In this document: in pieces, positions 1 through 7,913 of the stretch
Layout: every line of letters starts with the position of its first letter
Numbering within the stretch: position 1 is the stretch's first letter
Assembly (NCBI RefSeq): GCF_032191465.1
Contig: NZ_JAQOUE010000002.1
Location: 546,409 to 578,408 of the forward strand
Source: Candidatus Nitronereus thalassa
GTDB lineage: Bacteria > Nitrospirota > Nitrospiria > Nitrospirales > UBA8639
Direction of reading: 5' to 3'
DNA: 32,000 nt
Made by a program: the position numbers and the translations under genes
The notes under the pieces: model-generated
Database searches by the model: none
What the model saw: only the letters and a program-made list of their open reading frames with translations
Told to the model about the DNA's origin: nothing

Positions 1-83
1 ATTGAGGAAACCCTAAGACTGTATTCACAGGACCGTGCCACCGGTCAGTTTCCCACCCATGTCGGCACCATTCAAAGAGGGGG

Positions 84-139
84 AAAAAAAGGTCGCTAGT
101 TGCTGGTCGCTGGTAAAAATTACTAGCGACAAGCGACGA
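84..139 (-). terminator. Probable intrinsic terminator made of inverted GTCGCTN-type heptads
   Basis: Imperfect ~18-position stem (arms ~92-114 and 122-139, loop 115-121 AAAAATT) directly after the TAA stop (minus strand, 141-143), followed on the minus strand by CC and TTTTTTT (complement of A84-90). Confidence 0.65.
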
Positions 140-140
140 T

Positions 141-566
141 TTAGGATGCCGCCAAGACAATCACCCCATACCGAGCCGCCTTACCCAGACTCATCCAAAG
201 TACAGTCGCCATCCAATGAATCCTCAACCACCCAGCGGCGACACACAGCGGATCCCCTACGATTGGAACCCAGGATAACAAAAGCACCGGGCTCCCCCAG
301 CGTCTGACCCATGCCATCGCACGTTGATATTTTGGCTGTTGAACATTCTGAGAAGGAAACCACCAATCCACGAATCGCCCTATGCCCCAAGAAGTCATTC
401 CCCCCAGGGTATTTCCCGCCGTCGCAATAACCAACAGTGCCCAAGGATCGTGATGACCTTGATAGGCCAACGTCCCAATCACCACTTCCGAACCACCGGG
501 CAGTAACGTTGAAGCGAGAAAGGCACTCAGGAATAATGCCCAAAGAGTGGGATCGTCGGCAGACAT
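141..566 (-). CDS. YqaA/DedA-like (SNARE-associated family) small membrane protein
   Basis: 141 aa ORF; hydrophobic, with motifs LPGGSEVVIG, GNTLGGMTSWGIGR and VPIVGDPLCVAAGWLR typical of YqaA-family proteins. Confidence 0.75.
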   Translation of the reverse strand: MSADDPTLWALFLSAFLASTLLPGGSEVVIGTLAYQGHHDPWALLVIATAGNTLGGMTSWGIGRFVDWWFPSQNVQQPKYQRAMAWVRRWGSPVLLLSWVPIVGDPLCVAAGWLRIHWMATVLWMSLGKAARYGVIVLAAS

Positions 567-635
567 ATCACAAGAATTTTTTCATGACACTGAAGGCTGG
601 GAAAGGCAGGATGTATTACAAGTAGTGACAGTCCG

Positions 636-857
636 TTACCGAAGTTTTTTTATTCCCACAAATTTATTGTTCTCATTGAATTGGATGGCAAATTCCCCCT
701 CAATTCCATCGTGGGTCAGAAATTGGCGCAGCACCCGCGCGGGAAATTTGACTTTCCGGCCATCCATCGCTCGAGTGACCACAGTATCCGCCGTGCCCTT
801 ATAAAAGGCCAGATACTTATCAGAGGAAATAGAAAGGCTCACTCGAATTTCCGGCAT
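636..857 (-). CDS. DUF2835-like small protein
   Basis: 73 aa ORF 'MPEIRVSLSISSDKYLAFYKGTADTVVTRAMDGRKVKFPARVLRQFLTHDGIEGEFAIQFNENNKFVGIKKLR' resembles the DUF2835 pattern. Confidence 0.7.
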   Translation of the reverse strand: MPEIRVSLSISSDKYLAFYKGTADTVVTRAMDGRKVKFPARVLRQFLTHDGIEGEFAIQFNENNKFVGIKKLR

Positions 858-1176
858 ACCGCCATTTCACATGATAGGGCCGTGATTGGGAACGCCACAC
901 CACTTAACCATAAAATAGCAAACAAAAAAAAGAAAGGGAGCGGTGGATTTGGCAATTAGAAGTATCCTGTGGCCCCTGAATTCCCCTTCCCGTCGTTCCC
1001 GACGTTTTTAATTGGGAGCCATATTGGCTTTTCACTGAAGGTAAGCAATTGGATGAAAGGATTTGTTTCGATTTTTTTATAGCAGTCCGTATGTCTTTTG
1101 TCTGGCATGGCTGCCTTCCGCATATTACAAGTGTGGAGAGGGCACCTTATCAATTCTTCAGACAGGAGACAGAACC

Positions 1177-2145
1177 ATGAAACAACGAGCCTTTGTGGGA
1201 TTAGATGTGCTCAAGGACAGTATTGCGGTGGCCGTGGCTGTCGATGAACGAGGCGGAGACGTGCGGTTTTTGGGGGACATCGTGCATAAACCAGAAGCCA
1301 TCGCCAAGATGGCCAACAAGCTGGCAGCCACGCATGGGACCTTGGACTTCTGTTATGAAGCCGGGCCCTGTGGATACGGCCTCTACCGGCAACTCCTGGC
1401 CCAAGGCTATGCGTGTATGGTGGTCGCTCCCTCCCGCATTCCGATCGCCTCGGGGGATCGCGTGAAAACGGATCGCCGGGATGCGCAACGCTTGGCCGTG
1501 TTGCATCGCGCGGGGGAATTGACGGCGGTGTGGGTACCCGACGCCACCCATGAGGCGATGCGCGATCTCGTGCGGGCCCGGCTGGATGCGATGCGGCATG
1601 TGATGCGCGCCCGGCAACAGTTACTCGCGTTTCTGCTCCGACATGGGCGTGTATACGAGGCAGGTCGAAAGCCGTGGACGTGTCGGCATCGACGGTGGTT
1701 AGCGGCACAGAGCTTTCAGGAGCCGGCCCAGAATATAGTGTTTCAGGATTATGTGGAAGCTGTTTGGAGCGGAACGGCCCGTCGAGATGCCTTGCTTGCT
1801 CGTATAGCTGACCTGGTGCCGGCCTGGTCCTTAGGGCCTCAAGTTGAGGCGTTACGGAGCTTTCGTGGGTTGGAGTTAGTTTCCGCCGCCACTATTTTGG
1901 CCTGCCTTGGGGATCTCAGCCGCTTTGCCACGCCGCGGCACTTGATGAGTTATGTAGGGCTGACACCATCCGAACATTCCAGTGGCGGTCGAATCTGTCG
2001 CGGGAGAATTACCAAGACAGGGAATCGCGACGCCCGACGCATGTTGATTGAAGCCGCGTGGAGCTACCGCTATCCCGCGCGTGTGACTCAGGATAAATCG
2101 GATATTCTCATCAAACAACCAACGTGGGTGCGGGAGTTGGCCTGA
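1177..2145 (+). mobile_element. IS110-family element core (element ends not determined)
   Basis: Transposase ORF as above; the termini cannot be fixed because the IS110 family lacks clear inverted repeats. Confidence 0.7.
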
Positions 2146-2289
2146 CGAGCGCAGGAGCGGCTGTGTCGCCGGTATCGGCAACTGACGAGAAAGGGGAAGA
2201 AATCAACCGTTGTCGTTACGGCCATTGCTCGCGAGCTATCTGGATTTATCTGGGCCTTGGGACGTGGCCTGACGCCGGCCTCTTGCTGA
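1177..2289 (+). pseudogene. IS110-family transposase, interrupted by an in-frame TGA at 2143-2145
   Basis: Start MKQRAFVGLDVLKDSIAVAV; later YEAGPCGYGLYRQL, transposase_20 region (ELVSAATILACLGDLSRFATPRHLMSYVGLTPSEHSSGG). After TGA the same frame continues RAQERLCRRYRQLTRKGKKSTVVVTAIARELSGFIWALGRGLTPASC to TGA 2287-2289, matching the usual C-terminal extension. Confidence 0.88.
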
Positions 2290-2587
2290 GGCCAGGAGTT
2301 CGGCGGGAGCGCGTGCGAACGGTTCGGGGAATGCTCGACAACCCTGTGGGCCAGCGCTGCTGATGCCCGTTAGCAGTCGGAGCCAGCTCCGCGACGACAC
2401 ACGTTCATGCGGTGGCAACCCGCGAAGGGAAGTTTGATCGACCGTCGCCAAAGTCGCACGGGCTCCCGACCTAACTCCTTGATCGTCATTGAACCGTAGC
2501 CAATACACTGTTTCGAGGAAACGGATGGCCGGCGTATGCGCGAATCTCTTGACAAAAGACATGGAAGGGTGTCGTCCCTGCAGACGA

Positions 2588-2802
2588 GTCCCTTTTGTTT
2601 CGGCAAAAGGACCCAAAACCATTTCCGCCCGCGCGCAGCCCTTCCGACCTTACTCAGAAGTTAGGTCTCCAGGGTCCCTCCGCTTCCGCACCGAATCAAG
2701 ATGGCTCAGAAACTCGCTTCGAGGTGCAAAGCCACCTCTCCGTTCAAACAGTCTTCGCCAAAGAAGTCGATTCGGGGCTCCAGCTCCGCCACACCCAACG
2801 CG
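2588..2802 (-). repeat. Copy A of a ~212 bp dispersed structured repeat
   Basis: Reverse complement reads GCGTTGGGTGTGGCGGAG...GAACGGAGAGGTGGCTTTGCACCTCGAAGCGAGTTTCTGAGCCATCTTGATTCGG...ATGGTTTTGGGTCCTTTTGCCGAAACAAAAGGGACTCGTC; aligns along its length with 3406-3615 and 3789-4000. Confidence 0.88.
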
Positions 2803-2987
2803 GGAAACACTCACAAAACACATGCCGTTCCCAACCTAGTTGAATTACCTCTCAAAAAAGGGAAACGGCACCTTTTCCAGGTGAAATTATCCATCAGAAT
2901 ACTTTGGATTCTAACATCCTAATGCCCAGCTTCAGCCACGTGTTTTCCAGAGCGAAGCGGCACGAAACACGTCGAGGTTAGAAGGGT

Positions 2988-3245
2988 TCACTTCTTCAAC
3001 TCAAGCCCATTGGCACGACACGCCACCTCAATAAACTTCTCAAGAACCTCGGGTGCCATCCACGTTTTTTCGCATAGATGATGTACCCAACTGAGAATTT
3101 GCTGGTGAGTTCTACAGTCCGAGAGTGAGATGTTGTATTCATAGCAGACGTTGATGACGATGTGGTCGTCTTTTATCGAGACGATACGCTCCAGTTCTTC
3201 AAGACGCTTGGTGTATTTCTCGAAAATCTCTTCGTTGCTTGGCAT
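2988..3245 (-). CDS. Hypothetical protein (86 aa)
   Basis: MPSNEEIFEKYTKRLEELERIVSIKDDHIVINVCYEYNISLSDCRTHQQILSWVHHLCEKTWMAPEVLEKFIEVACRANGLELKK; GAGGG-like purine stretch upstream; coding-like composition. Confidence 0.65.
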   Translation of the reverse strand: MPSNEEIFEKYTKRLEELERIVSIKDDHIVINVCYEYNISLSDCRTHQQILSWVHHLCEKTWMAPEVLEKFIEVACRANGLELKK

Positions 3246-3405
3246 ATACAACCTCCCTCTAACAATGTTTAGGCCGATCCGTATAAGAACAGGATTTTCG
3301 ACTTTTTGTCCACATAACACGCCATCGATTCTTCGGAAGAATACGCCGGGGTCGTTGTCTTTTCAATTGGGTATACCCATGGCTTCATTTATCACGGCGT
3401 ATCCT

Positions 3406-3615
3406 GCGTTGGGTGTGGCGGAGCCGCAGGCCCGAATCGACTATTAGGCTCGGGCTGTTTGAGTGGAGAGGTGGCTTTTCACCTCGGAACGAGTTCCCGA
3501 GCCATCTTATTCGGGACGGAGGCGGAGGGACCCGTAGGGCCATGCACAGGCAAGAATGGTTTTGGGCACTTTTGCCGAAACAAAAGTGCCTCGTCGTGCG
3601 GGCGCGAAAGCCCGC
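3406..3615 (+). repeat. Copy B of the ~212 bp dispersed structured repeat
   Basis: GCGTTGGGTGTGGCGGAG...GAGAGGTGGCTTTTCACCTCGGAACGAG...GAGCCATC...TGGTTTTGGGCACTTTTGCCGAAACAAAAGTGCCTCGTCGTGCGGGCGCGAAAGCCCGCATAA. Confidence 0.9.
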
Positions 3616-3688
3616 ATAATAATTCCCAAACAACGAACCACCATGACCTGAACTCGCAACACAATCCAAATCCACGAAAAACCTGGAT

Positions 3689-3712
3689 TCCCGCTTACAA
3701 CCGCGGGAATGA
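3689..3712. repeat. Small REP-like palindrome
   Basis: ATTCCCGC(3689-3696)-TTACAACC-GCGGGAAT(3705-3712), in the context CTGGATTCCCGCTTACAACCGCGGGAATGACG. Confidence 0.6.
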
Positions 3713-3788
3713 CGAGGTTAAAACTGGCGTAACACACCTTCCTGTGGACCTTCGTTTATTTAGAAGTTGAAGTTTCAATCCGTCTCCT

Positions 3789-4000
3789 GCGTTGGGCGCG
3801 GCTGGGCCGCCGTTCCGAATCCCACATCTCGGCGAGGACTGTGTGAGCGGAGAGGTGGTTTTGCACCTCGGAGCGAGTTTCCTCGCCATCCTGATTCGGG
3901 AAGATGGCCCAGCTCCCTGTCGTTCCGCGCACAGGCAAACATGGTTTTGGGCACTTTTGCCGAAACAAAAGTGCCTCGTCGCGTGGGCGCGAAAGCCCGC
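3789..4000 (+). repeat. Copy C of the ~212 bp dispersed structured repeat
   Basis: GCGTTGGGCGCGGCTGGGCC...GAGAGGTGGTTTTGCACCTCGGAGCGAG...CGCCATCCTGATTCGGG...ATGGTTTTGGGCACTTTTGCCGAAACAAAAGTGCCTCGTCGCGTGGGCGCGAAAGCCCGCATAA. Confidence 0.9.
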
Positions 4001-4010
4001 ATAAAATAAA

Positions 4011-4484
4011 TCACTCCTCTACCCAAGACACTGAATCCCCAACCAAAATTTCTCCATCATCCAACACCTCCCCAAATGCCCCACCGGCCCAAGAGGCCCC
4101 CATGGCCGCTTGTAATCCTGGAAGAGTTTCTTCCATTCGTTCACAAGGTTTGGTTTCGCCTAAAATTCGAATTCTGCATCGCCCAATTAAGAGAATTCGT
4201 TTTCGTGATTTCAGGAGGCTCAAGCCACGAAGCAACAAGTTGGCCCGACGCGCGGACGGGGGCAAGTCACCTCCAACTTCGTTCATCAATCCATCCCACA
4301 CTTCACGCTCAATAAGGGTCACTTGACGCCGCCCCCCTTGGTTGGCATTTCCAATCAGCCCAACGTCCTTTTCCAACGTCGCCATTTCCACCGAATCCAT
4401 GGGGCCACGCTTCATACGCTTGATCCAAATCGCCTCAAGTGTCCCGGAAATCTTGGAATCTTGTTGAGCGACTACCCTGCCCAT
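4011..4484 (-). CDS. MOSC domain-containing protein
   Basis: [66 protein letters not shown]...[41 protein letters not shown] shows MOSC-like organisation (M-x2-V...G..G(N)...RQVTLI...RRAN(L)...L..G......L.G.RI.GETKPCE). Confidence 0.75.
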   Translation of the reverse strand: MGRVVAQQDSKISGTLEAIWIKRMKRGPMDSVEMATLEKDVGLIGNANQGGRRQVTLIEREVWDGLMNEVGGDLPPSARRANLLLRGLSLLKSRKRILLIGRCRIRILGETKPCERMEETLPGLQAAMGASWAGGAFGEVLDDGEILVGDSVSWVEE

Positions 4485-4580
4485 TTCCCGTAACGCTCCA
4501 TTTCTTACACAAACTGAAGATAATGTTACCTTTACTCGGTTCCTTTTGACTCAAACCCGTTGTGAGCTTTATATTAACTT

Positions 4581-5165
4581 ATGAACACTATGCGCGATCG
4601 AATAGCTTGTCCTACCAGACGGCCAGAAAACAACACTTCAAACTCCATCATCACCCGTCTTTTTTTTACCCTATGCGTGATTGGAAATTTCGCGCTCACC
4701 GAAACTCCGGTGCGGGCCGAACATCCCACACTCACTCCCACGCCATTTGAACAAATTAAGGGGCTGGTTGGTACTTGGCAAGGCACGAGAAAAGCCTATG
4801 ACGGGGAAGAAACGATCACAGCACGTTATTCTCTCACAGCCAAAGACACCGCGGTGATGGAGCAATTATTCCCAGGCACTCCCAAGGAAATGGTATCCGT
4901 GTACACCCAAGACGGCCACGACCTTGTCATGACGCATTATTGCATGCTCGGCAATCAACCACGAATGAAGACTCAAGGACGGGCCCCATCCAAACACATC
5001 ACCCTAACCTACGTCGACGGGACTGGCATGCGCTCTCCCCATGAAATGCATATGCATGAAGTCACCATCACGATCATGGATGACTCCCACATGACCCACC
5101 AATGGACGTTATACGATAAAGGGAAAAAAAAGGTCACACACACGTTCATGTTTACTCGGCAATAA
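4581..5165 (+). CDS. Hypothetical exported protein, DUF1579-like beta-barrel
   Basis: 194 aa with probable signal sequence (RLFFTLCVIGNFALTETPVRA) and a 'GLVGTWQGTRKAYDGEETITARYSLTAKDTAVMEQLFPGTPKEMVSVYTQDGHDLVMTHYCMLGNQPRM' motif series. Confidence 0.6.
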   Translation: MNTMRDRIACPTRRPENNTSNSIITRLFFTLCVIGNFALTETPVRAEHPTLTPTPFEQIKGLVGTWQGTRKAYDGEETITARYSLTAKDTAVMEQLFPGTPKEMVSVYTQDGHDLVMTHYCMLGNQPRMKTQGRAPSKHITLTYVDGTGMRSPHEMHMHEVTITIMDDSHMTHQWTLYDKGKKKVTHTFMFTRQ

Positions 5166-5267
5166 CGAGAAAGGTTCTCCCTCAAATCCATCAAGACCAT
5201 CTGATTGTTCCTCCCCGCCTCGAAATCTTGTTCACATGCACCATTTAACCAAGGACCCAGGCCATCT

Positions 5268-6053
5268 ATGAATACGGAACTCGACATTGTCTTGGATGCC
5301 GTCAAACAAGCGGGAGCCAGGACCTTAGAACTGGCCGAGAACGGTTTTGAAACTCATCGAAAAGCAGATCGCTCACCCGTCACCTCTGCAGACCTTGCCG
5401 TAAACCAGATCTTGCACGATACCCTTTCGAAACAATTTCCCAACGACGGGTGGATGTCAGAAGAAAGTCCTGATACGGATGAACGTTTACAACGATCCCG
5501 CGTGTGGATCATTGATCCTATCGATGGTACGAGTTATTTCATTAAAGGCATTCCCCAATATTCCATCTCCGTGGCCCTGATAGAAAACCAGGAACCCATT
5601 CTTGGAGTTATTTATAATCCGGCTACCGAGGAATTGTTTTCTGCACTCAAGGGACAGGGACTGCATCTCAATGGAAAGCCCGTAACGACCAACGCCTTAG
5701 CGGATAAACCCCTGAGAATCTTAGTAAACCCATCTCGATTGGGCCGCAAGGAATTCAAGGCCCTCGAAGCCCATGCCACCCTTCAACCGATGGGTTCGAT
5801 CGCCTATAGTTTAGCGCTCGTGGCAGCCGGCCAGGCCGATGGCACCATTAACTACGATCAGTTGCACGAATGGGATATTGCGGCAGGGTGGCTGTTAGTG
5901 CAAGAAGGCCAGGGCATCGTGACTGACTCATTTGGAAAGACCCTCCCGTTTAATCAACCCGACCCCATTTCCCGAGGAGTTCTTGCTACTCGACAGAACA
6001 GGCACAAGGATTTTGAAACACTCTTGACCAAACGCCCGGAGAAAAAATCTTAA
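5268..6053 (+). CDS. Inositol monophosphatase family / 3'(2'),5'-bisphosphate nucleotidase-like
   Basis: FIG superfamily motifs SPVTSADLAVNQIL, DGWMSEES, WIIDPIDGTSYFIKGIPQYSISVAL and YDQLHEWDIAAGWLLVQEGQG; preferred ATG at 5268. Confidence 0.88.
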   Translation: MNTELDIVLDAVKQAGARTLELAENGFETHRKADRSPVTSADLAVNQILHDTLSKQFPNDGWMSEESPDTDERLQRSRVWIIDPIDGTSYFIKGIPQYSISVALIENQEPILGVIYNPATEELFSALKGQGLHLNGKPVTTNALADKPLRILVNPSRLGRKEFKALEAHATLQPMGSIAYSLALVAAGQADGTINYDQLHEWDIAAGWLLVQEGQGIVTDSFGKTLPFNQPDPISRGVLATRQNRHKDFETLLTKRPEKKS

Positions 6054-6571
6054 TCCGATAGCCCCTGCAACCGAATCGTTTCAACGGGATACCAATCCTG
6101 CGGATTTAGGGATTCTGCTCGGACCAATTTCAGCTCCTCCACAATAAACTTTTTTGGAAGGTCGGAAGGAAGCGCTGCAATAATTTCTTCTTTAACTCTT
6201 GCGGGAAACAGTCCATATAACACACTGACATGGGGATTAAAGGGTAACGGAAGCTTTTGGCAAAAGAAGTCTATCCCCTGCTCTCGCGCGTCAAGAATTT
6301 CTGAATTTTTTCTCACCTTGAAATACAAACAGCGAAAATATTCATCTTCAAAAGCAGGCCCTTGAAGTTCAATTGAAATGGGGCAAAGTTTTTTTCCTAA
6401 TAAATTGGCTCGTTCCGAGAAAAGAGATTCATCTCCTAAGAGTTCTCCTAATAGCGTGATATGGGGGTCAAAGCATGGCCCCTGGTACTGCTGGCTCAAT
6501 TGACGAATGACTTGAGCCAACAGATGACCAGCCTCACCCTCAGGCGTGAGCCACAGGTAGTATTTGGCCAT
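6050..6571 (-). CDS. 2'-5' RNA ligase / cyclic phosphodiesterase-like protein
   Basis: Two H-x-T/S motifs (FDPHITLLG and FNPHVSVLYG) with the expected spacing. Confidence 0.72.
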   Translation of the reverse strand: MAKYYLWLTPEGEAGHLLAQVIRQLSQQYQGPCFDPHITLLGELLGDESLFSERANLLGKKLCPISIELQGPAFEDEYFRCLYFKVRKNSEILDAREQGIDFFCQKLPLPFNPHVSVLYGLFPARVKEEIIAALPSDLPKKFIVEELKLVRAESLNPQDWYPVETIRLQGLSD

Positions 6572-6573
6572 GT

Positions 6574-7248
6574 TTATTCCGCCAAGGTCTCAATACAACG
6601 AGGATCATCGAAACGAGCATTATTAACATGAAGGCTGACTGGATTCGCCACCATTTCTTCCGAAGGATACGCTTGCAGCAAGGGAGCAAGGCGCTTCGGG
6701 TCTTTGAGTTCAGGATCCAGCCACTCGTCATAGGACGTGGGTAGAAGGATGACCGGCATACGATGATGAATAGGAGCCATGAGCGTATTAGGTTCGGTCG
6801 TGAGCAACGCACAAGACTCAATGACTTGGCCGTCGGAACTGGTCCAATGATCCCATAGACCGGCGAAGGCAAAGGGCCGTTTATCTTGCATCCGAATGTA
6901 AAATGGCTGTTTCACACGGCCATTTTTTTGCCATTCATAAAACCCATCCGCAAGGACTAGGCATCGACGCTGCTGAAAAGACTTTCGGAAGGAGGGTTTT
7001 TCCGCCACCGTTTCGGCACGAGCATTAATCAACTTCATTCCAATGGCGGAGTCCTTTGCCCAGGACGGAATCAATCCCCAGCGCAGCACGACACCTTCAC
7101 GGGTCTTTGAATCAGAAGGCTTTCTCACAGAGGCCACAACTTGCGAAGGAGAAATGTTATACCGAGGTTTCAGATCTGCCAATTCCTCAAACTGGAATTG
7201 ATCCGCCAAGACTTCGGGGGTAGTGGTTAAGGTATACCGTCCGCACAT
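6574..7248 (-). CDS. SOS response-associated peptidase (SRAP / YedK-HMCES family)
   Basis: MCGRYTLTT... catalytic Cys2; WGLIPSWAKD, INARAETVAEKPSFR, CLVLADGFYEWQ, TTEPNTLMAPIHHRMPVILL. Start at 7248 puts Cys at position 2. Confidence 0.94.
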   Translation of the reverse strand: MCGRYTLTTTPEVLADQFQFEELADLKPRYNISPSQVVASVRKPSDSKTREGVVLRWGLIPSWAKDSAIGMKLINARAETVAEKPSFRKSFQQRRCLVLADGFYEWQKNGRVKQPFYIRMQDKRPFAFAGLWDHWTSSDGQVIESCALLTTEPNTLMAPIHHRMPVILLPTSYDEWLDPELKDPKRLAPLLQAYPSEEMVANPVSLHVNNARFDDPRCIETLAE

Positions 7249-7358
7249 CGGCAAACAGCCTCCAACAACTATACCGTGTCGCCATGTAATAAATGCGACA
7301 ATGTTATGACTATTGATAAAATGTGACGCAACCCTCAGGGCTTGAAGGAGGCACCCTC

Positions 7359-7913
7359 ATGAAGAATTTATTCTCTACGCAACAAGTTAAAATGGTGCTC
7401 CTCGTCTGCCTCGGTGGACTACTTGCTATACTTGCCCTCTCCCCTCCACTTCATGCCCAAACCGGAATCCCAGCGCCAGACATACTCAATGACGTATGGC
7501 TCAACTCTCCGCCACAGCGGTTGAAGGATTTACGCGGCAAGGTGGTTATGGTCGAGTTTTGGACTTTCGGGTGCTACAACTGCCGTAACATCGAACCCTA
7601 TGTCAAACAATGGCACGCCAAGTATGCCGACAAAGGATTGGTTATCATTGCCATTCATTCTCCTGAATTTAGCTACGAACGATCCACGGAGAGCGTCCAA
7701 CAATATATTAACGAGCACAAACTACCCTATGCTGTCCCTATCGATAATGATTTTAAAACCTGGAAAAAATATCGAAACCGATACTGGCCAACCCTCTACC
7801 TCATAGACAAACAGGGCATTATTCAATATGTAAAAATCGGAGAAGGTGGATATGCAGAAACGGATCATCAAATACGACAACTCCTTGAAGAAAACTCATC
7901 CCCTTCATCCTAA
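7359..7913 (+). CDS. Exported thioredoxin/redoxin-domain protein
   Basis: Signal peptide (MVLLVCLGGLLAILALSPPLHA), EFWTFGCYNCRNIEPYVKQWH, YRNRYWPTLYLIDKQGIIQYVKIGEGGY. Confidence 0.88.
   Translation: MKNLFSTQQVKMVLLVCLGGLLAILALSPPLHAQTGIPAPDILNDVWLNSPPQRLKDLRGKVVMVEFWTFGCYNCRNIEPYVKQWHAKYADKGLVIIAIHSPEFSYERSTESVQQYINEHKLPYAVPIDNDFKTWKKYRNRYWPTLYLIDKQGIIQYVKIGEGGYAETDHQIRQLLEENSSPSS

Noticed and set aside
181-543. 120 aa minus-strand ORF overlapping 141-566
   Set aside because: Frame-shifted shadow of the YqaA-like gene, with no domain signature.
1201-1708. Antisense ORFs (138 and 165 aa) inside the IS110 transposase
   Set aside because: They are shadows of the GC-rich coding strand; the sense strand has clear transposase homology.
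2236-2839. Overlapping ORFs of 74-128 aa on both strands
   Set aside because: They cover the IS110 tail and repeat copy A; frames are not preserved in copies B and C.
3767-4326. ORFs of 64-140 aa over repeat copy C and into the MOSC gene
   Set aside because: Explained by the non-coding repeat and antisense shadow of the MOSC-like CDS.
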